From an uncultured virus (IMG/VR IMGVR_UViG_3300013728_000001) (taxonomy: Duplodnaviria > Heunggongvirae > Uroviricota > Caudoviricetes), in IMG/VR virus record IMGVR_UViG_3300013728_000001: a stretch of DNA of 33,445 nt. One strand, 5' to 3'. The first letter of the stretch is position 1. Each line of letters starts with the position of its first letter. The notes under the pieces were generated by a model. It did no database searches. It was not told the origin of the DNA and worked only from the letters and a program-made list of their open reading frames with translations. The position numbers and the translations under genes were made by a program. Positions 1 through 9,054 of the stretch are shown here, in pieces.

Positions 1-1
1 T

Positions 2-592
2 CTGCTCTTTAAGCTGGCGCGTCAGTGCCTGCTCCTGATTAAGCTGTGTCTGCAGGCTGTCCGCACTTTTCTGCGCGTCGTCCGCGCTGCGCGTCAGCTG
101 CTCCACCTTCGCTTTGGTTTCCGCGATGCCTGACTTATAGGCGTCACGCTGCTGGCGCACTTCGGCCAGCAGCTGCACCGAGGATTTCACGCCGCGCTTG
201 GGCTGCGCAGTGTCATCGCTGGTGGCAGCAGCACGCGCCATCTTGCGCGCCAGGGCTTTCTGAAAAGCCGTTGAGCCTTTGCTGAATAGCGTGGCCAGCT
301 GGCGCCCGAGCTCAGGGATCGTGGTGACGTGGGTAAACGGCACGTTTTTCCCGTTCAGCTTCAGGCCGGAAATGTCGCCGCTGTCGTTGACCTGCACGGT
401 CATAACCTGCTCGTCCATGCCAGTGAGGCTGAAAGTTTTGGTAGGTACGCCGTCTTTCCTGCGCGCGGTGCCGGCGGCGGTGACTTTGGCAATCTCATAG
501 CCGCCGGTGGCGATCGCCTTCTTCAGCTTCGCCAGGCCCTTATCGTTCAGTTCGTCAAAATTCAGCAGCACGTAGCCTTTAGGATTCGACAT
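2..592 (-). CDS. hdf: Hdf-like antirestriction/head protein (homologue of the DarA N-terminus); runs off the left edge
   Basis: Not in the ORF track. Manual translation from ATG 592 gives MSNPKGYVLLNFDELNDKGLAKLKKAI...RKDGVPTKTF...VQVNDSGDISGLKLNGK and then a coiled coil, matching my recall of P1 Hdf. It follows lydA-lydB as in the P1 dar operon. Confidence 0.85.
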   Translation of the reverse strand, partial: MSNPKGYVLLNFDELNDKGLAKLKKAIATGGYEIAKVTAAGTARRKDGVPTKTFSLTGMDEQVMTVQVNDSGDISGLKLNGKNVPFTHVTTIPELGRQLATLFSKGSTAFQKALARKMARAAATSDDTAQPKRGVKSSVQLLAEVRQQRDAYKSGIAETKAKVEQLTRSADDAQKSADSLQTQLNQEQALTRQLKEQ

Positions 593-1034
593 TGAATACC
601 CCCTGCTCTGACTTGCTCAGCTGGTACTTTCTGGAAATGGTGTCCTGAAGCGGGAAGATCCGGTAAAGCGGGTTCAGGCGGCTGTTGCCGTGCGTCACGC
701 GCACGGTAAGCAGCCATTCACCCGGCTCAAGATAACGCGTGTCAATCAGCAGAAATTCCTCGCTCACGCCTTTTGGCGAGAGGTCGAGCGTGCGCTGCTT
801 GCCGGAAATAACCACCGTCGGATCGTTGCTGTCGCGCAGCCAGTACTCAATTTTTGCGCCCGCCAGCTTGCCGGCGCAGGCGATGTTAAGCCGGACCGGG
901 AACGCCAGCGCGTTATCACGCACCACGGCGGTACCGCACCCCAGCAATTCCACCTTTTTACGGGCAAATACGCAGCGATCCGCCACCATTGCTGCAGCCA
1001 TCGCCGTAATAAACAGGTTCTGATAATCAATCAT
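579..1034 (-). CDS. lydB: LydB-like antiholin
   Basis: 151 aa with an N-terminal hydrophobic segment and the motif VRVTHGNSRLNPLYRIFP; lies between lydA and hdf; ATGA overlap with lydA. Confidence 0.75.
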   Translation of the reverse strand: MIDYQNLFITAMAAAMVADRCVFARKKVELLGCGTAVVRDNALAFPVRLNIACAGKLAGAKIEYWLRDSNDPTVVISGKQRTLDLSPKGVSEEFLLIDTRYLEPGEWLLTVRVTHGNSRLNPLYRIFPLQDTISRKYQLSKSEQGVFNVES

Positions 1035-1348
1035 TGGCCGGAGCCTCCTTTTGACCCAAGCACGCCGTTTATTGCCGCAATGAGTCGTTCTTTGAATACA
1101 GTTGAAAGTTCACGCCAGTTGTTGCTCGCCACCAGCACGGCGAGGTAAATCACGATTTCGTCCAGTCCCTGCTGTCGCGCAAAAAAGTAGGCCGTGAGGC
1201 CGGTAATCAGCGCCAGCACCAGCTCAGTGACAAAGTTGAATACGTTCGGTTTGATCCGGTATTCGCGCACTCCCAGCAGGAAAACGCCTGTGCCACTCAA
1301 CAGGGACAGGAGAAGCGAAACCGCGAGCATTTTTTCTACATCGGTCAC
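1031..1348 (-). CDS. lydA: LydA-like holin
   Basis: 105 aa with about three hydrophobic segments; GTG start after a GGGGGG RBS; first gene after a late-promoter motif. Confidence 0.8.
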   Translation of the reverse strand: MTDVEKMLAVSLLLSLLSGTGVFLLGVREYRIKPNVFNFVTELVLALITGLTAYFFARQQGLDEIVIYLAVLVASNNWRELSTVFKERLIAAINGVLGSKGGSGQ

Positions 1349-1384
1349 ATACCCCCCTTTGGTACCTGGTTATCAGGTGGCGAG

Positions 1385-1405
1385 AGGGTAAGCAGTCTGT
1401 AATTT
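1385..1405 (-). promoter_or_regulatory. Late-promoter motif upstream of lydA (LPdar position)
   Basis: Minus strand AAATTACAGAC-TGCT-TACCCT; one of 5 copies with identical spacing. Confidence 0.75.
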
Positions 1406-1417
1406 AGAGAGGTAAAG

Positions 1418-1446
1418 AAAAACAGCGCCCGGAGGCGCTGTTTTTT
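1418..1446. terminator. Intrinsic terminator after the tail fibre operon (bidirectional shape)
   Basis: AAAAACAGCGCC-CGGA-GGCGCTGTTTTTT. Confidence 0.85.
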
Positions 1447-1453
1447 GAGGAGG

Positions 1454-2035
1454 TTAGCTGGTGGGCGGTACTTCCGGCCAGGCTGCGCTGTCAACCGGCC
1501 ACGGTTCCATGCCTTTAAGCGCCCGGATATAGCTCAGCCAGCGTACGAGCAGCGCCTTTTCATTGTCAGGTAGGATATCCAGCGACAATTCTGCCTGCCA
1601 TTCAGTAATCACTGCCCGCGCCTCATTCAATAAGCGATCGCGCCGCTTATTGAAACGCTCCGTGATTTCTTCCTGAGGAAGTGCGCGCGGTGCAATAACG
1701 CCATTTTTAAACGCCCACTCGCCGTTAGGCTGAATATCAACAGGTACCAGGTTTTCATCCACCTCAATAACGGAATAGCCGTCCGGCCAGAGTTTTGATG
1801 CGTCTTTATCCAGCGCCCAGATACGATCGCCAGCACAAACCATGAGCTTTACGGTATGTTCAGCAAAATGTTTCTGAGCCTCATACCAGCAGACGTTATT
1901 GGCACAACGTGTAAAAGCAATATTGCGCTCAAGTAGAGAGCTCAGTAAGTGGGCTTCTTCTTTTTGCGCATCCGTTGATTCATCCGTAATAACCGCTGGT
2001 TCTGGTGTATAGGTTGTAAATTCAGAAAATTTCAT
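1454..2035 (-). CDS. Tail fibre assembly chaperone (P1 U / Mu U / Tfa type)
   Basis: WYEAQKHF...KDASKLWPDGYSVIEV...GEWAF motif and C-terminal WLSYIRALK...WPEVP; directly after the fibre gene. ATG 2035 preferred over the track's TTG 2047. Confidence 0.85.
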   Translation of the reverse strand: MKFSEFTTYTPEPAVITDESTDAQKEEAHLLSSLLERNIAFTRCANNVCWYEAQKHFAEHTVKLMVCAGDRIWALDKDASKLWPDGYSVIEVDENLVPVDIQPNGEWAFKNGVIAPRALPQEEITERFNKRRDRLLNEARAVITEWQAELSLDILPDNEKALLVRWLSYIRALKGMEPWPVDSAAWPEVPPTS

Positions 2036-2043
2036 TAGATATC

Positions 2044-5000
2044 TCAAATAGAAGAAGCGGTATACCAGCTGCCGTTAACGCAATACTGAAGGGGGCGGGC
2101 ATAAATACTGTCAATGTATTCGTCTTTATTTCCGTTCGTGGCAGCGGTTAAAACATATCCACCAGTATCATTCCACGCGGCCCCCTTCCACGCCTGTGAG
2201 GCGCGTGCTGCACCGAGGCGGATAGCAGTCACCACTTTGGTGGAAAGCCAGCCGCCCCATGCCGTGCCGTAAACATTGCCGTCAAGCGCAACGCGTGCAG
2301 CACCGACATATAAACCACCAGACCCACCGATATAAACGCCTCCATCATGAAGGGAGACAGAGCTATTGCCGATGTAATTCGTGAACGCAATATTGTTTGA
2401 GTTAGCTGAACCCTGACCTAAATACCAATGGCTTGTACCATCATATTTTTCACCTCTAATCCAGTACCCCTGGTTAGCCGTAGCCGGTTTCAGTAAGACG
2501 CTTTCGCCATCCTTAATATGGCTCGTATGCGCGGTGACTCTTATATCACCCCGGAAGTCAACTTGTTGGCCAAAAGCCGCATTACCTGTAGCAAGTTCGA
2601 AGAACATTGGCCTCAGTGAGTTCCAGGTACCTTTTTGGTCACCTTTATCTGTAAACATGAGATAAAGTCTGGTGCCATCGTTACGAAAGAATGTGGCGTA
2701 ATCGCCATAAGCAATGCGGTAATTATCAGGTACGGAACTGATCAGTTGTATGCTCATTTCAGCCCGTGGCCCGTCAGGACTGATAAAGCTGATGTACTTT
2801 TCGTTATTGAGATAAAGGTTAATCGTGCCATCAGCAGAGCCAACAAATCCGCTGTCGGCATCACCAATGTTTATCGACGGCGTGGCATCAGCAAATACCC
2901 CTGTGGCAGCTTTACCAAGACTGATGCTGTTGCTTTTCAGGTTCCCCCTGACTTCCATCGCATAAGCACTGTCAGGCAGACCATAGCTGGTGCCACCAAC
3001 GATTGTCTGTCCCATCAGAAGGTTTGGCGCGGTACCCTGCATGCAAAGGTTCCAGCGGGTTACGCCATCGCGCGCATTCAGGCGTCCGTCAAACGCAACA
3101 GCCGAGAGAATATTCGCGCTGGTTTTATCGTACGCGCGAAACGACGAAAAATTGCTGATTTTCGTGGTGCTGTTGACGGTACCGGAGTTCGCCCAAAACT
3201 CTACCGCGTCACCCAGCGTATGATCCGTCAGGCCGTCGCCAAACGTTATTTCAGTACCAAAGCCTATAGCGCGCGTCGTCGCGTCTGCGCCGATATTCGC
3301 ATAGGCTATCGCCATCAGCTGCGTGGTGCCTGTCAGATTACCGTTGCCGGCGGTACCGTTACCCAGCGTCAGCAATCGTGAAGCGGACGCGCCAGCACCC
3401 AGGCCAATTGACAGCTGGCCTTTAGAACCAAAAGCCGCGCAATACTTACCCCACGTTTTCCCGTTATCCCGGTTATCCGCTTCCAGCAGCAGGTTAGTGC
3501 CGGTGGTTCGCCAGCGATATGACGGGTTATTTGTGGTGCGATCGACGAGCGCCAGCGCAGGCGAAAAGCTGTTAACGGTAATGCCCTGACTGCCGTCGCT
3601 GTTGCTGCCGTTCACCACCAGCGCCGCATTAGTAAGATCGCCAATGGCAGTTGAGCCTTTCGCCAGCACGGTCACGGGTCCGGTAAAGTCAGCGCCGGCC
3701 GCAACAGTCAGGCTACCGGCGACTGAAGCCCCGCCGCGAAACTTCATTGTCGAGACATTGGTATCGCCCGTGCCGTCGGCTGAGAGGCTGATCCACGTAT
3801 TCGGGACCGAATTTCCCCAGGTCACGGTATCGGTGTTATCAACTGACTGGCCAAGATACCAGTGCAGCGTATTATCCTGCTTACGCCCGCGCAGGTAGTA
3901 AGCCTTGTCTTTGGTTGCAGGCTTCAGCTGCAGTGCGATTTCATCAGCCGTAAACAGGCCTGCGCCATCTGACCGGAGACCGCCGCCGCCAAGCACTGAA
4001 AGCCCGCCGGACCCCTGCAGCGTGGCGGTACCGTCGCCGCTGTTGAGAGCAAAGCGCGCCGTGGTCGCGCCGGAGCGCGCGCGCGCATCGAGCGCAAGCT
4101 GTCCGCCGCCGTGCGTCATGTTTGTGATAGTCATGCTGCCGAGAACCCTGCCGCCCCAGGTATCGGTCGTCGTGGACGCCAGACGCCCGAAGATGTTCAT
4201 CACGTCGGTGTCATATGCCGTCGGCGTATCTTCCGGCTGATCGGTGCGCACAAACGTCATGACAGGCGTTGACGGCTCAGACCGGATCACGCCAATACGG
4301 AACCCGGCCTGAATCTGTGAATTAACCTCCAGATTCTTTGCCAGCCTCACCTTTGCCGTATTGATATCGGTCAGGCTGTTCAGGCTGGTAATGTCGTTGT
4401 TCCAGCCCGCCCTTGCGGCGCCCAGGTTCAGCAGATCGGTCAGCGTCATACTGGCCGTGTCCATCTGTTTACGCCAGCCGTTTGCATCAGCGCCGCTCGT
4501 CAGGCCATGCCACGCCCAGGAGCCGTTACCGCCGCCTGCGGTGCGGATATACACCGTGCCGTTCTGCGCGGCCAGCAGCTGCACCAGCGACGCGCCGGCA
4601 TCATAGCTGCGGCGCATGTTAATCAGCTGCCCGCTCAGCGCCAGTGGCGCTTTACCAAGCTCAGCCGGACCGTCCGTAAAGCTGCCGCTCAGCGTCCAGA
4701 AGGCATTCAGGCGGGTGACAGCTATGTTGGACAGTGAAGTGATTTTGCTGTCCAGCACGGCAGACGCTGCACCCAGGCCAAACGCCCCCACGGCCATCAG
4801 CGCGCCTGCCGTATTATCAATCGTTGATTGCTGGACGTTCGCCAGCGCGGCGGTACCGAGCCCAAGATGTTTACGGGCTTCCGGAACGTCCGGCAGATCC
4901 CCCAGATTTTCAGAGGCCTTCAGCTGTTTGTCATTGGTTACCTGGTCGAGCTCGATGTTCTGACGAAAAAGCGCTTTATCCTCAATGTCCGAGCCGTTGT

Positions 5001-5634
5001 TGGCGCTGACCATGTTGTTATCGATCAAGGCCTTCAGGATTTTCAGCCCCTTCAGATTAGCGGCGGTCAGTTCGTCGTCGCTGTCGTTCACGGAGTCGAG
5101 GGTGATACCTACCTGCCGGTTGATGCGGTAGTTCGTGACGATCATTGCCTGCGTCACCTGCGTGGTGCCGGTTGGCACAAGCACGCGGCAAAGCTCCAGC
5201 TGGTTCGGCGCCAGCGCAACCGACAGATCCTGCGCAAAGACGCGCGCGGCCTTAACGGCGGAATCGCGGTTAACCTGTTCTGTCACAGTGCCGACTTTGT
5301 AGTTCGCCTCCAGCACTATGCGGGTGGTTTTGCCCGCCACTACCGGCAGCGTGAGATCCGCCAGGTGCTGTACCGTGATCTGGTGCGCGTTCACGTCAAT
5401 GGAGGCGGCGCCCTGCCCGTCCTCCGCCCCTTTTGAGGTGACGACAACATTCAGCCCGGTCCCGGCAACCGGCGAGAAGCCCAGGTAAAAGCCGGGGCGC
5501 ACTACACCTTTTAACTTCCTGTTAAGCGCGGAACTGGTGTAGGTCTCCAGGTACTGCATATCCGCTGACAGCGGCGCGGTACCATAAGGAATGCCGGACA
5601 TAACGCCTACGTCGGTAATTTCGTTTTCAGTCAT
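2044..5634 (-). CDS. Tail fibre protein (P1 S-like)
   Basis: 1196 aa; N-terminus ADMQYLETYTSSALNRKLKGVVRPGFYLGF resembles the P1 S constant region; Gly/Thr-rich shaft; C-terminus IRLG...GYVLT...YARPLQYCVNGSWYTASSI is Mu/P1-type. Confidence 0.9.
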   Translation of the reverse strand: MTENEITDVGVMSGIPYGTAPLSADMQYLETYTSSALNRKLKGVVRPGFYLGFSPVAGTGLNVVVTSKGAEDGQGAASIDVNAHQITVQHLADLTLPVVAGKTTRIVLEANYKVGTVTEQVNRDSAVKAARVFAQDLSVALAPNQLELCRVLVPTGTTQVTQAMIVTNYRINRQVGITLDSVNDSDDELTAANLKGLKILKALIDNNMVSANNGSDIEDKALFRQNIELDQVTNDKQLKASENLGDLPDVPEARKHLGLGTAALANVQQSTIDNTAGALMAVGAFGLGAASAVLDSKITSLSNIAVTRLNAFWTLSGSFTDGPAELGKAPLALSGQLINMRRSYDAGASLVQLLAAQNGTVYIRTAGGGNGSWAWHGLTSGADANGWRKQMDTASMTLTDLLNLGAARAGWNNDITSLNSLTDINTAKVRLAKNLEVNSQIQAGFRIGVIRSEPSTPVMTFVRTDQPEDTPTAYDTDVMNIFGRLASTTTDTWGGRVLGSMTITNMTHGGGQLALDARARSGATTARFALNSGDGTATLQGSGGLSVLGGGGLRSDGAGLFTADEIALQLKPATKDKAYYLRGRKQDNTLHWYLGQSVDNTDTVTWGNSVPNTWISLSADGTGDTNVSTMKFRGGASVAGSLTVAAGADFTGPVTVLAKGSTAIGDLTNAALVVNGSNSDGSQGITVNSFSPALALVDRTTNNPSYRWRTTGTNLLLEADNRDNGKTWGKYCAAFGSKGQLSIGLGAGASASRLLTLGNGTAGNGNLTGTTQLMAIAYANIGADATTRAIGFGTEITFGDGLTDHTLGDAVEFWANSGTVNSTTKISNFSSFRAYDKTSANILSAVAFDGRLNARDGVTRWNLCMQGTAPNLLMGQTIVGGTSYGLPDSAYAMEVRGNLKSNSISLGKAATGVFADATPSINIGDADSGFVGSADGTINLYLNNEKYISFISPDGPRAEMSIQLISSVPDNYRIAYGDYATFFRNDGTRLYLMFTDKGDQKGTWNSLRPMFFELATGNAAFGQQVDFRGDIRVTAHTSHIKDGESVLLKPATANQGYWIRGEKYDGTSHWYLGQGSANSNNIAFTNYIGNSSVSLHDGGVYIGGSGGLYVGAARVALDGNVYGTAWGGWLSTKVVTAIRLGAARASQAWKGAAWNDTGGYVLTAATNGNKDEYIDSIYARPLQYCVNGSWYTASSI

Positions 5635-5639
5635 GTGCG

Positions 5640-6083
5640 TTACGCCGTTTTCTGTTCAATAGTAACCAGCAGGTTATAGGCCTTGCCGCGGAATACGCTG
5701 TCCTGCTGCAGACAGAGCACGGCAAAGGCGTTGCCGTCGCCGTCCACCAGCGTGAGGGTATTCAGGTCATAGGACTTATCAGCGGCCAGCGCAGCGTCAT
5801 TCAGCTGGATAGAGATAGAGATATCCGCGCCCGTGCTGGTCAGGATCAGCGGCGTTTCCGTGAATTTTCCCGTCAGGTTGGCGTTGCTGAAGGTGGAAGG
5901 AATATCCGCAATGTTCCAGCCGCCGGTCGGATTGCTGGTGACTAACGCAGATTTGCCCCAGTAGGCTTTGGCCATCTGGAAGCGGCTACCCTTGCCGATG
6001 GATGATTCAGCGCGTCGGATGTAGTAGTAGTCCAGCAGCTTCGCCTTAAACAGCTTACTGCTGACGGAGATAGTATCAGCCAT
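5640..6083 (-). CDS. Tail fibre structure/attachment protein (P1 gpR-like)
   Basis: 147 aa with LFKAKLLDYYYIRRAESSIGKGSRF; between gene 16 and S; RBS GAGAGG. Confidence 0.8.
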   Translation of the reverse strand: MADTISVSSKLFKAKLLDYYYIRRAESSIGKGSRFQMAKAYWGKSALVTSNPTGGWNIADIPSTFSNANLTGKFTETPLILTSTGADISISIQLNDAALAADKSYDLNTLTLVDGDGNAFAVLCLQQDSVFRGKAYNLLVTIEQKTA

Positions 6084-6110
6084 AAAAAAGCCTCTCAGAG
6101 TTAAGAGGCC
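6084..6110 (-). terminator. Hairpin plus U-tract that overlaps the RBS of gene R
   Basis: Minus strand GGCCTCTT-AACTCT-GAGAGGCT-TTTTT-ATG. Confidence 0.6.
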
Positions 6111-6112
6111 AG

Positions 6113-6133
6113 AGGGTAAGGAGTTTGTAAAAT
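6113..6133 (-). promoter_or_regulatory. Late-promoter motif upstream of R-S-U (LPS position)
   Basis: Minus strand ATTTTACAAAC-TCCT-TACCCT. Confidence 0.75.
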
Positions 6134-6144
6134 CCGCAGGTCAA

Positions 6145-7236
6145 CTATGAGACGAATTGCTCATAAAAAAGTGTCGTGATCGTGCTGCTACCGCTGTCGC
6201 CCGCGGGCAGCGCCAGAATAAACTCCGGCGTGCCATCAAAGGGAAACGCCACTGTTTCCCTGCTGCCGTCGTCGCGCGCGATCGTAACGCCCTGATAATC
6301 GCCCTTCAGGATAGCGATATACTCCACGCCCTCCTCTGTAAACAGCCGCGCGCGGCTGTCGTCGCCGGCGCTGGCAATAACAACCGGCGCCGGGGCAGCG
6401 TCGGGTTTGCTCCGGTAGTCATTCCACCACGCGTCCGCCGCAAACATATCGTAGCGCTCGCACCGCTTCACCTCCCGCACCGGCACGGCAGGGACCGCAT
6501 ACTGATGCCGTGTGGCCATATGCAGGTTTTTAATCTCCGACTGAAGATCCGCGTAGGTCATTTTGGCTTGGTAGTCGATGCCGGCGCTGATAAGCCGGAT
6601 GCGATCCCGGTCCGCGGTCATTTCAAACGAGATAAAGAGCGCTACCCCGTCAAACACGATGTGCAGCGGCAGCAGCGGCTCGATAATCTGGTCAAACTGG
6701 CTCAGCAGCTTGTTCACCGCCTCCGTCTGCTCCTGATAGCCGTAGCGCTCGTACAGCTCGTTAAGCGCCACGGAGATTTGCGCGCGCGACGTCAGGAAAA
6801 ACTCGCCGTAATGCTCCTGCGCGACGTCCACGCCCTCTTTTGTGGTAAAGAATGAGCCATAAGGCGCTTTCTCCTGATCCACCGGCGCATAGAGCGGTTG
6901 CCAGGTCACGGGCAGGTTATCGAACTCGCGCCAGAACGTTGACGTGATCGGCTTATCGGTCCCCTTAAAATGCACTTCATCCAGGCGCTGCGCCAGCAGC
7001 ACCGGCCTGCTGGTGTCCGTCGTTTCCGCCACGATGAAAAAGCGGCCATATTCGCTCATGCGCAGCGTCAGATCGTCTTTGTTCATCGTGAAATAGCTTT
7101 TGCGGTTGGTTATACGCTCAAGCGTTGGCTCTACCGCCTGCTCAAATACTGACTGCAGGATATTTGCAAAGCCCGACCACAGCTCTGACGTGCTTTTCTC
7201 TTTAGTGAGCCGGTCTTTTACCCAGTTTCTGATCAT
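6145..7236 (-). CDS. Baseplate wedge protein (P1 gp16-like)
   Basis: 363 aa; LERITNRKSYFTM and QRLDEVHFKGT motifs; synteny bplA-16-R. Confidence 0.8.
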   Translation of the reverse strand: MIRNWVKDRLTKEKSTSELWSGFANILQSVFEQAVEPTLERITNRKSYFTMNKDDLTLRMSEYGRFFIVAETTDTSRPVLLAQRLDEVHFKGTDKPITSTFWREFDNLPVTWQPLYAPVDQEKAPYGSFFTTKEGVDVAQEHYGEFFLTSRAQISVALNELYERYGYQEQTEAVNKLLSQFDQIIEPLLPLHIVFDGVALFISFEMTADRDRIRLISAGIDYQAKMTYADLQSEIKNLHMATRHQYAVPAVPVREVKRCERYDMFAADAWWNDYRSKPDAAPAPVVIASAGDDSRARLFTEEGVEYIAILKGDYQGVTIARDDGSRETVAFPFDGTPEFILALPAGDSGSSTITTLFYEQFVS

Positions 7237-7245
7237 GGCTCAGCC

Positions 7246-8679
7246 TCAGAGATAGTTAATTTCGATGCTGGAGTTAGCAACGTCGAGATAGATAAAGTCA
7301 TTCAGCTGCACGGCAGTTTTCAGATTGTTTGTCTGCACGTCATAGGAGATAAACAGACCAAGCTCCTCAATGACGCGCCACAGGTCTTTTACCTGCACCT
7401 GCGCAAACTGTTTGCCGGCGGCGACATCACTCTGATAGCTGTCGCCAAACGTAGTCGCGTCGCGCCCGAATTGCGCCTCAAGCAGCTTCTGCACCTCGTC
7501 TTTCGCATCAGAAATAATGACGTTCTTCTTCGCCACGGCGTTAATGCTTACCGTGAAAGGCTCCTCCTGCGTGCGCACGTAGCGGAAGGTTTTATTCAGC
7601 TCATTGGGTACCGACAGGACGGCGGTCATGATCAGTTCTTCGAGCTCTGCCTGCGTGTAACCTGGCTTATGGCCGCAAAAGAAAATCGTGTTGATGTTGG
7701 AAAGCGATTTTACGCCGGTTGACTTCTCCTGCTCCTGCTCACCCCAGGCGCTGATCCACGACATACCTGGCACTTTACGATTCAGGAAATATTTATAATC
7801 ACCGCCCCACACAACCTGCTCGTCATAGGCAACGTAGTACTGCGCCCGGTTGCGGGTTTCTTCAGTCGTTTCAAAGCCGCTGCCTCCCGTTATTGGCGTG
7901 GTTGTCACTACCTCAATTTTGCCACTCAAATCGGCAATATTGCCCGCCGGCGTCAGCTTCTGGCCCTGCGTCAGCGTGGTATCGCCCCGGCTGCACCAGA
8001 CGTCCAGATCGACTTTGCTGCCGGTTGTTGGCATTTTGCCGATCGCACCGTCGCCAAAGCGAACGCCCAGCTGTTCGGACGGCTTATAGACCATCACATA
8101 ATGCTTACTGGAGCCGCGCGACAGGCGAAACAACGGATTATTTGTCCACTGCGTTTTGTCCTCGTTTTCAGTCACGAAAACGTCGAGTGAAACGGCTTCC
8201 TCGGTAATGTCACGCGGCAGCATAACCGTGTAAAACGCCGATTCAGCCTCAATGGTAGTGGACACGTTGACGTACTCCATCTGGCGCACGTCGTTCACCG
8301 TCACGCTTTTGCCTGCCGGAATATAAATCACGTCGGTTGTGACGTAGGGCAGCTGCGCCAGCGACAGTAATTCTGCATAAATCGGCAGCTGAATGTCCTG
8401 ATCCGTTTTATTGGTGATCTTCACGCTGCCCCAGGACGGCGTGATTAAGTGGCCAATGTAGTTACGATCTTCGGCTGCGGCCAGAATGCTCGATCGCTTC
8501 GTTGCCGTGGAGATAAAGCCCTCAGTCAGCCCGCGTTCGGCGGTGCTCTGCGCGGCGTAAATGATCTGCGCGCCAAACACGGCCATCATCTGAATGAACT
8601 GGCTATTGGTAAACTTTCTCCACCAGCTGTTGCTCTGCAGCAGCCCGTTAAATTTGTCCTGTAATGCCTGAATGTTCAC
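7246..8679 (-). CDS. bplA: Baseplate protein BplA (gpJ / T4 gp6-like wedge)
   Basis: 477 aa; EGFISTATKRSSILAAAE, VRFGDGAIGKMP and ITGGSGFETTEETRNRA are baseplate-J family motifs. Confidence 0.85.
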   Translation of the reverse strand: MNIQALQDKFNGLLQSNSWWRKFTNSQFIQMMAVFGAQIIYAAQSTAERGLTEGFISTATKRSSILAAAEDRNYIGHLITPSWGSVKITNKTDQDIQLPIYAELLSLAQLPYVTTDVIYIPAGKSVTVNDVRQMEYVNVSTTIEAESAFYTVMLPRDITEEAVSLDVFVTENEDKTQWTNNPLFRLSRGSSKHYVMVYKPSEQLGVRFGDGAIGKMPTTGSKVDLDVWCSRGDTTLTQGQKLTPAGNIADLSGKIEVVTTTPITGGSGFETTEETRNRAQYYVAYDEQVVWGGDYKYFLNRKVPGMSWISAWGEQEQEKSTGVKSLSNINTIFFCGHKPGYTQAELEELIMTAVLSVPNELNKTFRYVRTQEEPFTVSINAVAKKNVIISDAKDEVQKLLEAQFGRDATTFGDSYQSDVAAGKQFAQVQVKDLWRVIEELGLFISYDVQTNNLKTAVQLNDFIYLDVANSSIEINYL

Positions 8680-8691
8680 GATATTCCCCGG

Positions 8692-9051
8692 TTAACTTTT
8701 GTTCATGGACACGGCCAGCGTGCCGTTTGATGTGACGAATGTGATTTGCCAGGTATCAACGTTCTCCGGGGCGCAGCGGATAGCACGCAGCCCCAGCCCC
8801 GGCAGATCGATACGCAGCTTGCGCAGCAGCGCCGCTTCTATGGCGACTTCGGTTAAATGGCCGGTCTCCGATCCGACCGGCTCATGTTTGTAGTCCTGCA
8901 TGGTGTTCCCCCAGCCAGGCAGGCCATAGACGCTGCCCTGCGGGGTTCTCAGCCACTCCTCAAGGCGGGCAAGCCACGCCTGAGAATCGCCCTCTTTCAG
9001 CACGACGCCGCCCTGATCCACGCGCATCAGGCAGTCAATTTCGTTTTGCAT
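8692..9051 (-). CDS. pmgA: PmgA-like baseplate/sheath initiator (T4 gp25 / gpW-like)
   Basis: 119 aa with EWLRTPQGSVYGLPGWGN; between sit and bplA. Confidence 0.75.
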   Translation of the reverse strand: MQNEIDCLMRVDQGGVVLKEGDSQAWLARLEEWLRTPQGSVYGLPGWGNTMQDYKHEPVGSETGHLTEVAIEAALLRKLRIDLPGLGLRAIRCAPENVDTWQITFVTSNGTLAVSMNKS

Positions 9052-9054
9052 GCG

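Noticed and set aside
2635..3381. Long plus-strand ORFs opposite structural genes (also 6157-6855, 11191-11880, 18664-19326, 29127-30044, 31342-31977)
   Set aside because: These are antisense shadows of GC-rich coding genes, with no recognisable motifs.
4940..4970. cix/gix-like inversion site at the FRQNIEL motif of the tail fibre
   Set aside because: The protein motif sits where P1 S has its crossover site, but the DNA (TTCGTCAGAACATCGAGCTCGACCAG) lacks the dyad symmetry, and no partner site or invertase is present.
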